Positions 49,050-59,505 of a DNA stretch of 64,000 nucleotides are shown piece after piece. The stretch lies in the NCBI GenBank assembly GCA_000092065.1, contig CP000591.1; one strand, written 5' to 3'. Position 1 is the first letter of the stretch. Every line of letters begins with the position of its first letter. Under the pieces are notes generated by a model. That model had not been told where the DNA came from, searched no databases, and was given only the letters and a program-made list of their open reading frames with translations. The DNA is from Ostreococcus lucimarinus. Lineage: Eukaryota. The translations under genes and the position numbers were made by a program.

Positions 49050-50441
49050 ATGCGCGCGCGCGCGCGCGGCGCCCTCGAGCGCGCCGAACCCTCCGCGCGC
49101 GTTTCCCGCGCCGCGCGACGGCGCTTCCCGCGCCCTCGCGCGCCGTCGCGCGCGACATCGCGCGCGAACGACCGATTTCGCGACGCGCGCGACGACGACG
49201 ACGACGACGACGCGCGCGCGCGACAGTTCCTCCGACTCGCGCGCGACGCGCGCGATGGATCGTGGGCGCTGCAGAGCGCGACGGTGACGCTGCGGCCGCG
49301 CGACGCGAGCGCGCGAGCGACGCGAGCGCTGCGGGTGTGCGCGCTGGTGCACTACGGCGAGGCGCGGTACTATCGCGGCGTGGCGAAGGACTTCGAGACG
49401 CGCGAGAACGACGCGACGCTGGTCGAGCTGATCACGTCGAGGAAGCACTTGGAAGCGAGCGACGAGCGAGGGCTGAAACTGTGGCGGTTGAGCGAGGCGC
49501 TGGCGCCGACGGCGGAGGCGCGAGCGCTGGCGAACGCGCACGGGTTGCGCGCGCAGCTGGACGCGCTGGACGCGAGGGCGCGAGGATGGTACGTCGCGGA
49601 CGTGACGCGAGAGGAGTTGATCGCGCTGCGACGAGAGGCGGGAGAGATGACGGCGAAGACGGCGGAAGAGACGACGCGAAACGCGAAGCGGAGCGCGGTG
49701 TCGATGGGAGGGAATCTGCCGCCGGCGCTCGAGGCGCTGGCGGTGACGGCGTTCGGAAGGGCGTCGGAGGGCGATCCCGCGAGGCTGTTCGCGCGGTTGA
49801 GCTGTTGGTTCGTGCCGTGTCCGGAGGCGCATTTGTTGCTGCTCGATTGGGTGTGGGCGGGCGGGCGTCCGTCCGAGGTCTTGGGCGCGATGGTGGACTG
49901 TTGCGCGTCGGGTGATTTAGAATCCGCGCGTCGCTTGGCGTTCGCGCAGATGATCGTGAGCGCGCAAGCCGAGGGGCCGGCGGGCGGCGGTTCGACCGAG
50001 CCCGTTTTGGTCGCCCGACGCAACGACGTCGCGATGGACGGGGTGAACAAGGCGTTCAAGGCGCCCGAAATCGACACCGTCAACCTGTTGTACGGCGGTT
50101 TGCACGTCCCGGGACTCGTGCGGTGCGCCCGCGAGCGTTTAGACATGGAAGTCGTCGACGTGGCGTGGCGAGACGCCTGGCGCGTGCAACCGCCGGAGAA
50201 CGCGTCGCCTCTCAGATACGCCATAGTGCCGCTCATTCTCGGCATCGACGGCACGGATTGGGCGCAAACGCTTCACGACGCCGTCGCGCTCGGCGCGAGC
50301 GCCGGTATTCTTTCCACGTTTCTCTACATCGTTCGTCACGGCGCGCTGTATTACGCCCTCGGCAAGTGGCTTCTCGAGTGGAATCGCCAACTCTTCGACG
50401 CCGACGTCGGTCCGTCGCCGGAGAATGTAAAATATCGTTAA
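49050..50441 (+). CDS. Hypothetical protein with Arg-rich presequence-like N-terminus and acidic run
   Basis: Long ORF. The track start at 48963 is GTG; first ATG at 49050. Conserved-looking C-terminal half (..LLYGGLHVPGLVRCARERL..LILGIDGTDWAQT..). No family recognised. Confidence 0.45.
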   Translation: MRARARGALERAEPSARVSRAARRRFPRPRAPSRATSRANDRFRDARDDDDDDDARARQFLRLARDARDGSWALQSATVTLRPRDASARATRALRVCALVHYGEARYYRGVAKDFETRENDATLVELITSRKHLEASDERGLKLWRLSEALAPTAEARALANAHGLRAQLDALDARARGWYVADVTREELIALRREAGEMTAKTAEETTRNAKRSAVSMGGNLPPALEALAVTAFGRASEGDPARLFARLSCWFVPCPEAHLLLLDWVWAGGRPSEVLGAMVDCCASGDLESARRLAFAQMIVSAQAEGPAGGGSTEPVLVARRNDVAMDGVNKAFKAPEIDTVNLLYGGLHVPGLVRCARERLDMEVVDVAWRDAWRVQPPENASPLRYAIVPLILGIDGTDWAQTLHDAVALGASAGILSTFLYIVRHGALYYALGKWLLEWNRQLFDADVGPSPENVKYR

Positions 50442-50491
50442 TCGCCTAGCCAACGACTTCGTCGTCCGTCGTCGCGCGTCGACGCCACACC

Positions 50492-50875
50492 ATGCCTCGC
50501 CCCACCCCCGCGCCGCCGCCGCCGCCGGCGGCGCGCGACGTCGACGTCGAGCGCGACGCGCTCACCGCGATGCGCAAAGACGGCACGCTCGACGCCCTGC
50601 GCGCGCGCGCGGTCGAGCGCGTTCGCGCGGACCCAGAGATGAAAACCTTCACGGAATTCGCGGCGCGCGCGTCGCAGACGCTGCGCGACCCGCGAGCGAG
50701 GCGCGCGTCGAGGAAAGATCTCGTCGACGCGCTGTTTCACGAGTGCGGCGGACAGATTTTGAAGCAGGCGGACCAGAAGGTGTGGGAGGCGCTGACGGAT
50801 ACGCGCGACGAACTCGGCCGCGCGGCGTACGAGGCGACGTTCGCGGCGATGGAGGACGCGCGTCGCGCGAGATAG
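50492..50875 (+). CDS. Small (127-aa) ENY2/Sus1-like protein (tentative); source locus of the gene fragment copied into repeat R
   Basis: ATG at 50492. Pattern ..KDGTLDALRARAVERV.. and ..KDLVDALFHECGGQILKQADQKVWEAL.. loosely follows ENY2 helices. The last about 45 codons and 3' UTR recur at 41481-41655 and 43918-44092. Confidence 0.45.
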   Translation: MPRPTPAPPPPPAARDVDVERDALTAMRKDGTLDALRARAVERVRADPEMKTFTEFAARASQTLRDPRARRASRKDLVDALFHECGGQILKQADQKVWEALTDTRDELGRAAYEATFAAMEDARRAR

Positions 50876-51157
50876 ATACCGATAGATAATAGATTGATAA
50901 TACATAGATCTGATGTAGCTGATGCCGCCGCCGTCGCGTCGGACGGATCGCCTCGGTCGCCTTCGGTTCGCTTCTCGGCGGCGGCCGCCGACGCGGACGC
51001 CGCCGCGCGTCGCGGTCGTCATGCGCGCGGTTGTGCGGCGACGATTTATTTTACGCCGCGCGACGGGCGAGCGACGCCGGCGAATCGAGCGACGCTGAAT
51101 GCCCGTACGCTGGAATCGCGCGCGAACGCTGACGCGACGATTCGTCCGAGTGGGTGG

Positions 51158-52558
51158 TTAGGCGCGCGCGGCGGCGGCGGCGGCGATGCCGTCGCCCAAC
51201 GCCCAGCTCGCCTCGACGTCTCGACGCCGGTAACGAATCTTGTCGAGCGCGCGAATCGTCTCGTCGTCCGCGGCGCCGTGACCGACGGTGAGGAGGGCGT
51301 ACACGTAGACGAGGTCGAGGCAGAGGTAGTTGACGTCGACGGCGTCGCGCGCGGCGACGGGGAAGCGAGCCTCGAGCTCGGCGGCGGGCGTGGAGCACGC
51401 GCGAAGGGCGGCTCGCTTCACGTCGCGCGGTGTCATGGTCGCGATATCGGTCGGGCGCCTCGGCGGCGGCACCGCGCCGCCTTGAATCGCGCGTTCGACG
51501 ATGAAGGACATGACGAAGAGGGGCGTTTTGCGCGGCGTCGTCCAAGCGCCGGCGAACGAACACGGTGCTTTCGCGCAATTTCCCTCGAGCGCCTGCGTCG
51601 TGGCGAGCAGACACCGTGTAAAGTCGCTGCCGTCGCTGGATCCGATGGCGGCGTACGTCTCCCCAGGCTCGAGCCCGTAGCAATCTTTTTCGCACGAATC
51701 CGCGAACGCGTTCGGTAAGCACGGATGCGAACCGTCTTTATTCTTCCCCACGCTAAATATCTTCGGCCGTACGGCGACGATACCGTAGCCCTTAAACGAA
51801 TGCACGTATGTCCTATACGTCGTCGACGCCGCCTCGATGTCGCGCACGTACCCTTTCGGCGCGTCCTTCGCCGCGCCCCCGCCCACCGCGTACGCGATTT
51901 GCGTACTCCCGCCGCCTAAATCTACCACCGTCACAGTCTTCTCCGGCGCCCCGCCGAGATTCCCTAGCAAATAATTTACACTCACCCACGCGTGCGCGCC
52001 CTCGTCTTCGCCGTCCATGATGCTCACGAACGACGCCGACGACGGATGAAATCCCGCGTTCGCGATTTTTCGTCGCACCGCCTCCACGATGGCGTCCGCC
52101 GCCTCCCGCCCTTCGGGCATCAGTCTCAATCCCGCCGTCGCGCGCACACTAAACGGTGTTTCTCGTCTCGCGCTCTCCGGCACGACTCCTTTCGCCACGT
52201 CGATCAGCGCCTCGATCGACGTCGCCGCCGCCTCGGCGTCGCCGCCGTAGCTCTTCAGTCCCGGTTCGATCGAGCGAAACGTCTCGTCTCGCAGCGCCTC
52301 GCCGCCGCTCGCGAACGCCGATCGAGAGAACGTGAACACGTGCACGCGCGTGCCCGTGGAGCCGGCGTCGATGACGACGGCGTAGCGTGTTTTCGCCGCG
52401 CGCGTGCTCTCAAAGCCGGTGACATCGGCGAGCGCGCTGAGCGCGACGAGCGCGACGACGAGGACGGTGAAGGCGACGACGAGGGCGAGCTGGCGGAACG
52501 TTCTCGCGCGCGCGTACTCCTGGGTCTGGGGGTACGATTGCGCGCGGGGAAGAGGCAT
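51158..52558 (-). CDS. Apyrase / nucleoside diphosphatase (GDA1/CD39 NTPDase family)
   Basis: Apyrase conserved regions: YAVVIDAGSTGTRVHVF (ACR1), VRATAGLRL (ACR2), DGEDEGAHAWVSVNYLLG (ACR3), VVDLGGGSTQIAY (ACR4). N-terminal TM anchor. ATG at 52558. Confidence 0.85.
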   Translation of the reverse strand: MPLPRAQSYPQTQEYARARTFRQLALVVAFTVLVVALVALSALADVTGFESTRAAKTRYAVVIDAGSTGTRVHVFTFSRSAFASGGEALRDETFRSIEPGLKSYGGDAEAAATSIEALIDVAKGVVPESARRETPFSVRATAGLRLMPEGREAADAIVEAVRRKIANAGFHPSSASFVSIMDGEDEGAHAWVSVNYLLGNLGGAPEKTVTVVDLGGGSTQIAYAVGGGAAKDAPKGYVRDIEAASTTYRTYVHSFKGYGIVAVRPKIFSVGKNKDGSHPCLPNAFADSCEKDCYGLEPGETYAAIGSSDGSDFTRCLLATTQALEGNCAKAPCSFAGAWTTPRKTPLFVMSFIVERAIQGGAVPPPRRPTDIATMTPRDVKRAALRACSTPAAELEARFPVAARDAVDVNYLCLDLVYVYALLTVGHGAADDETIRALDKIRYRRRDVEASWALGDGIAAAAAARA

Positions 52559-52690
52559 CGCGACGCGATGTAACCGCGCTCGACGCAGGCGAGCGGGACG
52601 CGCGAGCGGGACGCGAGAACGCCGCGGATCGATCGGCGTGTCGCGCGAAGGACGACCAGTAGTACACGTATTTTACATTGACGATGTCCG

Positions 52691-54307
52691 TTACGTGGGA
52701 CAACGAGCCGCGAGCGGCGCGCGGGCGAGGCCGAGGACGAGGGCGACGGCGCCGGCGATGAGTGCGAGCGCCGCGAAAAAGCCACTCGGGGAGTCAAAGG
52801 ATGGGTACGTGGAGCCGAGCACGCCGCTGAAATAGTTGCCGAAGAAGTATGAGCCGAACCATAAACCGATTATGGCGCTGAGTAAACCATCCGGAGCGAT
52901 TTTGGAAATGTAAGAAAGCGCCACGGGGAAGGTGAAGAGCTCGCCGGCCGTGAGGAAAATCTGATTGAGGACGATCCAAAACACGCTCACGCGAGTCGGC
53001 GAGGCGTGCGAGTCGATCGGTAAAGCACCGAACATCAGCACCGCGAATGATGAAGACAGAAGCGCACACCCGATGGCAATTTTCGACATCTGGTGCGGCT
53101 CCGCACCGCGTCGCGCTTGCCAATCCCAAAGCGCCGTCACCGCCGGCGTCAGCGAGAGGACGAGCAACGGATTCAACGCTGCGACGAACTCGGTCGGCAT
53201 CCCGTGTAAATCGACGTGCTCGTCCGAGAACAACATCAGGGTGCTTCCTGATTGTTCATAAACCATGCTAAATCCGATCCCAGCCACGCAAACGATGGCG
53301 ACGGCGAACATGGCGTTCGAGTTTTCGCGTATCAATCGCGCCATGTCGTTGAGACTCTTGCGTGATTCGCCGTTTGAACGCCCGTTTTCTTCTTCAAAAT
53401 CTTGTTCGTTCGATCCCATCCGACGCAGCGGGCTTCTGGACTCCTCGTCATTGTCGTTCGCCGACGCTGGAATCATGGCGTCCACGACGTGCCTGCGGTT
53501 CAAGGCGTAAATTGCCAACGCGCACCACATTCCCACGGCGGCGCTCGCGAACGCGGCGCCGTAACCAAAGTACACGCGCACCGTCCCAGCGATCAAGGGC
53601 GAAAAGAACGCCCCAACATTGATACAACAATAAAAAATACTGAATCCCGCGTCGCGTTTCGGATCATCCTTGGCGTACAACGCGCTCAACTGCGTGCTAA
53701 TCGAAGGCTTAAACGCCCCGTTTCCGACGCACACCAACGCCAACCCGATCAAAAACGCCCACTCGCTCGCCATGGCGCCGTACCCTAACGCCATCACCAC
53801 CGCCCCCACCACTGCGCTTCGATGCGCCCCCAAAACCGCGTCGGCGACGATCCCACCGAACACTGGCGTCAGGTACGCCAAACACGCGAACGCGCCGTAC
53901 GTCTTCGCGCTCGTCGCCTCCGCCGCTCGCGTCCTCTCCATCATCCCCACCGCATCGCTCGCGTTCACCGCCATCGCGAAATCATAATTCGAGAACGTTT
54001 TCCCCACCGTTCGCAGTCCCAACACGCGCTCGACGTCGAACGTCGGATCGCGCAATACCTTCGTCACGTACAGCGCCAACAGCGCGCGCGCGGCGTAGTA
54101 CCCGAACCGCTCCCACATCTCCGTCGCGCCCAGGACGACGAGTCCGAGCGGGTGCGCGCCGCGCATGATCGTCGCGCGCGCGCGAGCTCCCGCGTCCCGC
54201 GCGCGCGGCTCCAGCAGCGGTCGCGCGTCGTTTTCGTCGTCCGAGGGCGCGCTCGAGGTGCCTTCGCCGCGTCGATCGCGCGTCGTCGCGTCGTCGCGCG
54301 ACGCCAT
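52691..54307 (-). CDS. Proton-dependent oligopeptide transporter (POT/PTR2 family, MFS)
   Basis: POT motifs GATEMWERFGYYAARALLALYV (ExxERFxYYG) and GNGAFKPSIS (FKPNIS). 12 TM profile. ATG at 54307. Confidence 0.85.
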   Translation of the reverse strand: MASRDDATTRDRRGEGTSSAPSDDENDARPLLEPRARDAGARARATIMRGAHPLGLVVLGATEMWERFGYYAARALLALYVTKVLRDPTFDVERVLGLRTVGKTFSNYDFAMAVNASDAVGMMERTRAAEATSAKTYGAFACLAYLTPVFGGIVADAVLGAHRSAVVGAVVMALGYGAMASEWAFLIGLALVCVGNGAFKPSISTQLSALYAKDDPKRDAGFSIFYCCINVGAFFSPLIAGTVRVYFGYGAAFASAAVGMWCALAIYALNRRHVVDAMIPASANDNDEESRSPLRRMGSNEQDFEEENGRSNGESRKSLNDMARLIRENSNAMFAVAIVCVAGIGFSMVYEQSGSTLMLFSDEHVDLHGMPTEFVAALNPLLVLSLTPAVTALWDWQARRGAEPHQMSKIAIGCALLSSSFAVLMFGALPIDSHASPTRVSVFWIVLNQIFLTAGELFTFPVALSYISKIAPDGLLSAIIGLWFGSYFFGNYFSGVLGSTYPSFDSPSGFFAALALIAGAVALVLGLARAPLAARCPT

Positions 54308-54467
54308 CGCGCGCGCGCGTCGGCGACGACGATTCGCGCGCGCGCGGTCGTCGCTCGACGACGCGGCGTCGCGGCGCGGTGTGGCGACGGCGCCCTCACC
54401 GACGACGGTTTGAAATCCGAGTCGTCACTCCTCGAAGCGACGCCGACGTCGCGAGCGCGCGCGCGCG

Positions 54468-55568
54468 ATGGCGTCGAGCGCGGTCGCGGCGCGGTGTGGA
54501 ACGCTCGCGGCGCCGACGCGCGGCGCGCGGGACGGCGCGCGCGCGCGAAAGACTCGCGCGAGGGCGATGAAGATGACGTTGATGCCGCTGGCGCCGGGCG
54601 ATCGCGCGACGCCGCGACGCGCGAGGGCGTCGTCGTCGTCCGCGGGGGGCGCGGAAAGTGAGAACGCGACGACGACGTCGTCGAGCGGGCGAGAGACGCG
54701 CGCGAACGGTGGCTTGGCGGCGGTGACGGCGGACGTCGAGCGTCGCGTCAACGAGGCGCTCATCGGCGTCGCGGTGACGGTGATCGATAATCTTTACGGT
54801 GGACGCTCGTACGCGCGATTTCACGCGCTGGAGACGGTGGCGAGAGTGCCGTATTTTAGCTTTATGTCCGTGCTTCACCTGTACGAGACGTTCGGGTGGT
54901 GGCGAAAGGCGGATTATCTCAAGGTGCACTTTGCGGAGACGATGAACGAGTATCATCACTTGCTCATCATGGAATCTCTGGGCGGGGCGGAGCTTTGGAA
55001 GGATCGGTTCGTGGCGCAACACATCGCGGTGGCGTATTACTGGATTTGCGTCGCGCAGTACTTGGTGTCGCCGAGATGGGCGTACAACTTGCTCGAGCAG
55101 GTGGAATCGCACGCGTACGCGACGTACGACGGATTTTTAAACGCCAACGAGGAGGTGCTGAAGGCGACGCCGCCGCCGAGCGTGGCGGTGCAGTACTACA
55201 CCAAGGGTGATTTGTACTTGTTTGACGAATTTCAAACCGTCGATCGGGGCGAGAGACGACCGAAGATTGACAATCTGTACGACGTCTTCGTCAACGTACG
55301 AAACGACGAAGCCGAACACATGAAGACGATGGAATTTTGCCAGCGTCCTGGCAACGGCTTACGCTCGCCGTCGAGCAAGGAGGCGATGGTATTGCTCAGT
55401 AAAGACGCTTGCGAGGTGGACGAGGACTTCCAAGTCGATGAAGATTGTGAGAAGGCGTCCATCGCGGCGAGCGCCGAGGACGAGCGCGTGTGCGAAGGCT
55501 TGGTCGACTGCGTCGTCAACTTTGGCACGGGCGCGATGAGTTACGAGCCCGAGGTCGATCGCGAGTGA
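54468..55568 (+). CDS. PTOX: Plastid terminal oxidase (PTOX/IMMUTANS, alternative-oxidase family di-iron quinol oxidase) with transit-peptide-like N-terminus
   Basis: Near-collinear with plant PTOX: FHALETVARVPYFSFMSVLHLYETFGWWRKADYLKVHFAETMNEYHHLLIMESLGG...VESHAYATYD...DLYLFDEFQT...NLYDVFVNVRNDEAEHMKTM. Iron-binding E/H motifs present. ATG at 54468. Confidence 0.9.
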   Translation: MASSAVAARCGTLAAPTRGARDGARARKTRARAMKMTLMPLAPGDRATPRRARASSSSAGGAESENATTTSSSGRETRANGGLAAVTADVERRVNEALIGVAVTVIDNLYGGRSYARFHALETVARVPYFSFMSVLHLYETFGWWRKADYLKVHFAETMNEYHHLLIMESLGGAELWKDRFVAQHIAVAYYWICVAQYLVSPRWAYNLLEQVESHAYATYDGFLNANEEVLKATPPPSVAVQYYTKGDLYLFDEFQTVDRGERRPKIDNLYDVFVNVRNDEAEHMKTMEFCQRPGNGLRSPSSKEAMVLLSKDACEVDEDFQVDEDCEKASIAASAEDERVCEGLVDCVVNFGTGAMSYEPEVDRE

Positions 55569-55698
55569 TTTCAATCCGGTCGTCGATTTTACCGTCGCGC
55601 GCGCGACGACGCCGACACACTACCCATAGTACAACAATTACGAGCGACGAATTTCTAGATTTTAACGACGCGCGTCGCCGCGTTTCACACCCGTCGCG

Positions 55699-56337
55699 TC
55701 ACTCCGCGCGAACGACGCGCGACACCACCATCTCAAACGTGTCCTCGACCACCGCGCGCTTAATCTCTTCCCTCACCGCGGACTCTCCCACCACCTCGCA
55801 CTCCTCGTCGACGTCCGTCGTCGACGTCGCTCGCCACCCCTCCGGCGCGTCCTCGCTCGTCGCCTCCGCGACGATCTCAAACTCCACCCGTCCCTCCCTC
55901 GCCGTCGCCAGTCGCGCCTTCCGCGCGCCTTCGTCCGCGACGAACACAAACTTCGTCGCCGTCGCCGCCAGCGCGTCTCTCGCGTCCCTCTTCCGCGCCG
56001 CGCTCGGCGTCTCGCCGCCGCGCGCGTCCACCCGCGCGTCGAACCGGTACGCGTCGAACGCCGCGTTCGCGCGTCGAAACACGACGCCGACGGACGCGCA
56101 CCGTCCTCGCGCGACGTCTCGTCGCAGGCTCGCGAATATTTCGTCGCAGTACGCGCCGACGTCGGCGCGATGGCGCTTTCCGACGGTGGCGAGCTTGACG
56201 CCGAAGAGGTCGGACTTGGCGCTTGAAGCGTCGTCGTAGACGCCGTACCGCGCGACGGCGTGCTGCGCGAGGGCGTTGATGAACTCGAGGAGGACGTCCG
56301 CGATCGCGATCGCGGCGTCGTCGCTCGAGTCGGGCAT
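55699..56337 (-). CDS. Hypothetical acidic protein
   Basis: ATG at 56337. 212 codons with typical codon usage. No family recognised. Confidence 0.4.
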   Translation of the reverse strand: MPDSSDDAAIAIADVLLEFINALAQHAVARYGVYDDASSAKSDLFGVKLATVGKRHRADVGAYCDEIFASLRRDVARGRCASVGVVFRRANAAFDAYRFDARVDARGGETPSAARKRDARDALAATATKFVFVADEGARKARLATAREGRVEFEIVAEATSEDAPEGWRATSTTDVDEECEVVGESAVREEIKRAVVEDTFEMVVSRVVRAE

Positions 56338-56422
56338 GCGCGGCGACGTGCGGCGGATGATGATGATGTACAGCGTTACAGCGCGGCTCGACGACGAACG
56401 AAGACGACGACGCGGCGCGGAA

Positions 56423-57259
56423 TCACACGACCTCGGCGTCGAGTAAACGCCACTCGTTCGCCACGCGCGGACTGGAATGGTCGATGGGAGGTAAAACCAT
56501 CGGCGCCGCGACCTCGCGCGCCTTATCCGCGCCGAAGAGCTTCTCCGCGAGCGCCAACGCGAACTCGAGCGCGGTGCCCGGACCGCGCGAGGTGACGACG
56601 TCGCCGTCGACGACGACGCGACCGTTCGCGCTCGCGTCCGAGGGTAAATCCTTCACGAACGCGGGATGCGCGGTGCACGCCAAACCGTCGAGCATGCCGC
56701 GCGGCGCCAACACGACGCCCGGCGACGCGCACATCGCCGCGACGAGCGCGCCCGGCGTCTCCATCTGCCTCGTCAGCGCGCGCGTCAACCGTTCAGATTT
56801 CGCCAGATTCGCCGCGCCGGGCATCCCTCCCGGCAGCGCGATCAGATCCCACGCCCTCGTCTCCACGCGCGCGAGATCTCGCAGGCGCGCGTCCGGGACG
56901 ATTCGCACCCCTCTCGAGCACTCCACCGCGTCGTCGCGTCTCGCGGCGTCGTCGTCGTCGTCTCGCCGCGTCTCGTCGTCGTCCCCAGGTTCGATCGACG
57001 CCACCGTCACGTCCGCGCCCGCGCGTCGCAGGACGTCGACGATGATCACCGTCTCCATCTCCTCGCTGCCGCGCGCGATCGGCACCAGCACCGTCGGCGC
57101 CGTCGCGCGTTGGCGCGCGTTCGATTGCGATTGCGTTCGCGATTGCGTTCGCGATTGCGTTCGCGTTCGCGTTCGCGCGCGCATCGCGCGTCGCGCGCGC
57201 GTCGGTCGTCCCGTCGGTCGTCCCGCCGATCGTCCCGCGCCGAGCGCGCGCGCGCGCAT
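56423..57259 (-). CDS. DJ-1/PfpI (ThiJ) family protein with Arg/Thr-rich N-terminal extension
   Basis: DJ-1 fold motifs: LVPIARGSEEMETVIIVDVLRRAGADV, LIALPGGMPGAANL, AAMCASPGVVLAPRGMLDG (nucleophile-elbow Cys), VVVDGDVVTSRGPGTALEFALALAEKL. ATG at 57259. The N-terminal TQSRTQS repeats are encoded by a 12-bp tandem repeat. Confidence 0.8.
   Translation of the reverse strand: MRARALGAGRSAGRPTGRPTRARRAMRARTRTRTQSRTQSRTQSQSNARQRATAPTVLVPIARGSEEMETVIIVDVLRRAGADVTVASIEPGDDDETRRDDDDDAARRDDAVECSRGVRIVPDARLRDLARVETRAWDLIALPGGMPGAANLAKSERLTRALTRQMETPGALVAAMCASPGVVLAPRGMLDGLACTAHPAFVKDLPSDASANGRVVVDGDVVTSRGPGTALEFALALAEKLFGADKAREVAAPMVLPPIDHSSPRVANEWRLLDAEVV
57122..57175. repeat. 12-bp tandem repeat (GATTGCGTTCGC)x3 plus (GTTCGC)x2 inside the DJ-1 gene 5' coding region
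   Basis: Visible tandem units. Encodes the T-Q-S-R repeats on the minus strand. Confidence 0.8.
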
Positions 57260-57785
57260 GGCCGCCGCGGTGCGCCGTCGTCGGCGGCGGCGTCGCGTCG
57301 GCGTCGCGGACGCGAGTCCCCTCCGATCGACGAGTGCTGACCCACGAACACGTATTTAAGCCACAAAACGCCACTGTAATCGAACCGCGCGACGCGAGTC
57401 CCCTCCGATCGACGAGTGCTGACCCATAAACACGTATTTAAGCCACAAAACGCCCGCGTAATCGAACCGCGCGACGCGAGTCCCCTCCGATCGACGAGTG
57501 CTGACCCACGAACACGTATTTAAGTCACAAAACGCCCGTGTAATCGAACCGCGCGACGCCGACCCCACCCGCGCGCGCGACGCGGCGCGCCATTCGACGC
57601 CGCTCGAGGTGCGCGACGCGACGCGACGCGACGGCGCGACGCGCGAAACCCGACGAACGATGGCGACGATCGACGCGACGGCTCGCGGCGCGGGCGCGCG
57701 CGACGACGGCGCGACGCGACGGCGAACGATGACTGACGCGAGGCGATCACGCCGTTTGCGCAGAGACGGAAATCGCGCACGCGCG
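57260..57785. promoter_or_regulatory. Divergent promoter region between DJ-1 (minus) and VDAC (plus), containing the 82-bp x3 repeat with TATTTAAG motifs
   Basis: Position between two divergently oriented start codons. TATA-like motifs repeat three times. This is inference only. Confidence 0.4.
57312..57557. repeat. 82-bp tandem repeat x3 in the DJ-1/VDAC divergent promoter region
   Basis: Units start at 57312, 57394 and 57476, with about 95% identity. Each carries CACGTATTTAAG (TATA-like) and, on the other strand, GGTTCGATTAC (B-box-like). Confidence 0.85.
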
Positions 57786-59253
57786 CGCGAACGACATGGC
57801 GAAGTACTACGGCGACATCGCGAAATCGGCGAAGGGTGCGTGGGAGATCGACGACGACGGCGGGGGGGGGGAGACGCGAGGGCGCGAGGATGGATTGAGG
57901 GAGGATCGGGGGGACGCGCGCGAGGGCGACGACGCGCGCGGGGCGAGGACGACGAAGGACTGACGATGCGATCGATCGCGCGCGCGCAGACTTGCTCACG
58001 GGCGGGTTCAATTATGACACGAAGGTTTCCGTCGATACTAAGTCGGCCGGGACGGTGCGTGAGGCGCGGAAGCGCGAGGCGAGGCGACGGCGGAGAGACG
58101 CGAGGCGAGCGGCGGACGACGGACGACGACGGCGCGAGGGGGTCCGCGCGCGCGGTCGAGCGCTCGAGCGCGGCGCGCGGGAGGGCGGTCGATGGGGATA
58201 TATTTTGCGTCGTCGAGCGGCGCGCGCGCGCGAGGTTCGCGGGACTGACTTTCGGAATGGGTGCGTTTTTCGACGTCGCAGGGCGTGTCCGCCTCCGTCG
58301 TTCAAAAGGGCGAGGCGGTGAGCGGCGACTTGAAGGTGAACGCGAACGTTGTCGATCAAGTGATCGACATCGAGTTGAACCAAGATGCCAAGGCGAAGGT
58401 GACTGCGTCTTTCCCGTCTCTCATCCCCAACGGAAAGCTTTCCGTCGGCGGTACGGTGCAAGATCTCGAAACCGTCAAGGTTTCCGCTTCGGTGCTCGCC
58501 GGTCCCCTCGGCGTCAAGGCTGACGTCGCCAACTACGCGGCGCCGAAGGCCGATGCGAGCTTGTGCTATGCCATCGGTGGTGGCTTCGCGGTCGGCGCCA
58601 TGGCGACGATCAAGAGCTCCTCCGCGTTGGCGTACACGGTCGCGGCGCAATCCAAGCAAGGCGACGTCACGTACGCGTTGACGGCGGCGGATCAATTCAA
58701 GACGTTCAAGGCCAGCGTGGTGACCGCGTTGGACAGCAAGCAAACCCTTGGTGCCGAAGTGGTTTACAAGAAGGCGGCGACGGCGACGATCGGCTACTCC
58801 AAGAAGATGGATGGCCACTCTTTCAAAGCCGTCGTCGCCAACCCGGTGAGCGCCGAGTTCAACCCGACGCTCTCCGTGCACGCGAGCCTCGGGAGCTTGA
58901 TCCCGAAGACGACCGCCACGATCAGCTGCCAAGTGGACAAAACGGTACGTACGACGACATTTTCTTCTCGGAGTCGGAATCGACGATGCTCTCGACGACG
59001 CGACCCTTCTTCACGGCGCCTATTGTCAAACAATCGCCGTTCCGCCCGTGTTCGGATGGTTGCCGCGGGTTGCCAACATCAACAATGCTCGAAGATGGTG
59101 CCCGCGCTTCTCCGTGCGCGGTGCGCCATAAATAGTATTAATATTTCGCGTCACAAATTCTCGATCGTGTCACTGACCGCGCGCGACGGTTTCTCCCTTT
59201 CGAAACAACAGATGAAGTACAAGTACGGCTTCCAGTTCGCGACCAAGCTTTGA
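57786..59253 (+). CDS. VDAC: VDAC (mitochondrial outer-membrane porin); 4 exons: 57786..57825, 57980..58044, 58282..58944, 59212..59253
   Basis: Exon 1 MAKYYGDIAKSAK-, exon 2 -DLLTGGFNYDTKVSVDTKSAGT and exon 3 GVSASVVQKGEAVSGDLKVNANV... reproduce the VDAC N-terminal helix and first strands (compare plant [36 protein letters not shown]). C-terminal exon MKYKYGFQFATKL*. Introns start GTGCGT / GTGCGT / GTACGT, each has ACTGAC about 30 nt before CAG, and the phases are consistent (1, 0, 0). The track ORF 58261..59253 begins at GTG and reads through the in-frame intron 3. Confidence 0.8.
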
Positions 59254-59505
59254 TCGAGACGGCTCGGACAGCTTCCGTTAGAACACTAGCACGCCGACCC
59301 CGTTCGCCGAATCGCTCGTCATTTCTTCCTCGAGCGAGGTGGTGACTTTTAAAGTATACAATACAATATCACGACGGAACGAGCGCCGCGTCCCGAGCGG
59401 CGCTCGCCTCCCGAGCCGTCCGCGTCGCGCGTCGACGTTCCTCTAACACTAATCCACCATATTCACCGACGATCGTCGATCGTCACACACCGTCGCGCAC
59501 CCACG

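Noticed and set aside
57312-57557. 82-bp repeats as a CRISPR array
   Set aside because: This is a eukaryotic context. The repeats are directly tandem with no spacers, and there are no cas genes.
58261-58281. ORF-track start codons at 58261, 22639 and 48963 translated as M
   Set aside because: The underlying codons are GTG, not ATG, so the track evidently allows alternative starts. Real starts were re-derived from in-frame ATGs (22651, 49050) or from spliced exons (VDAC).
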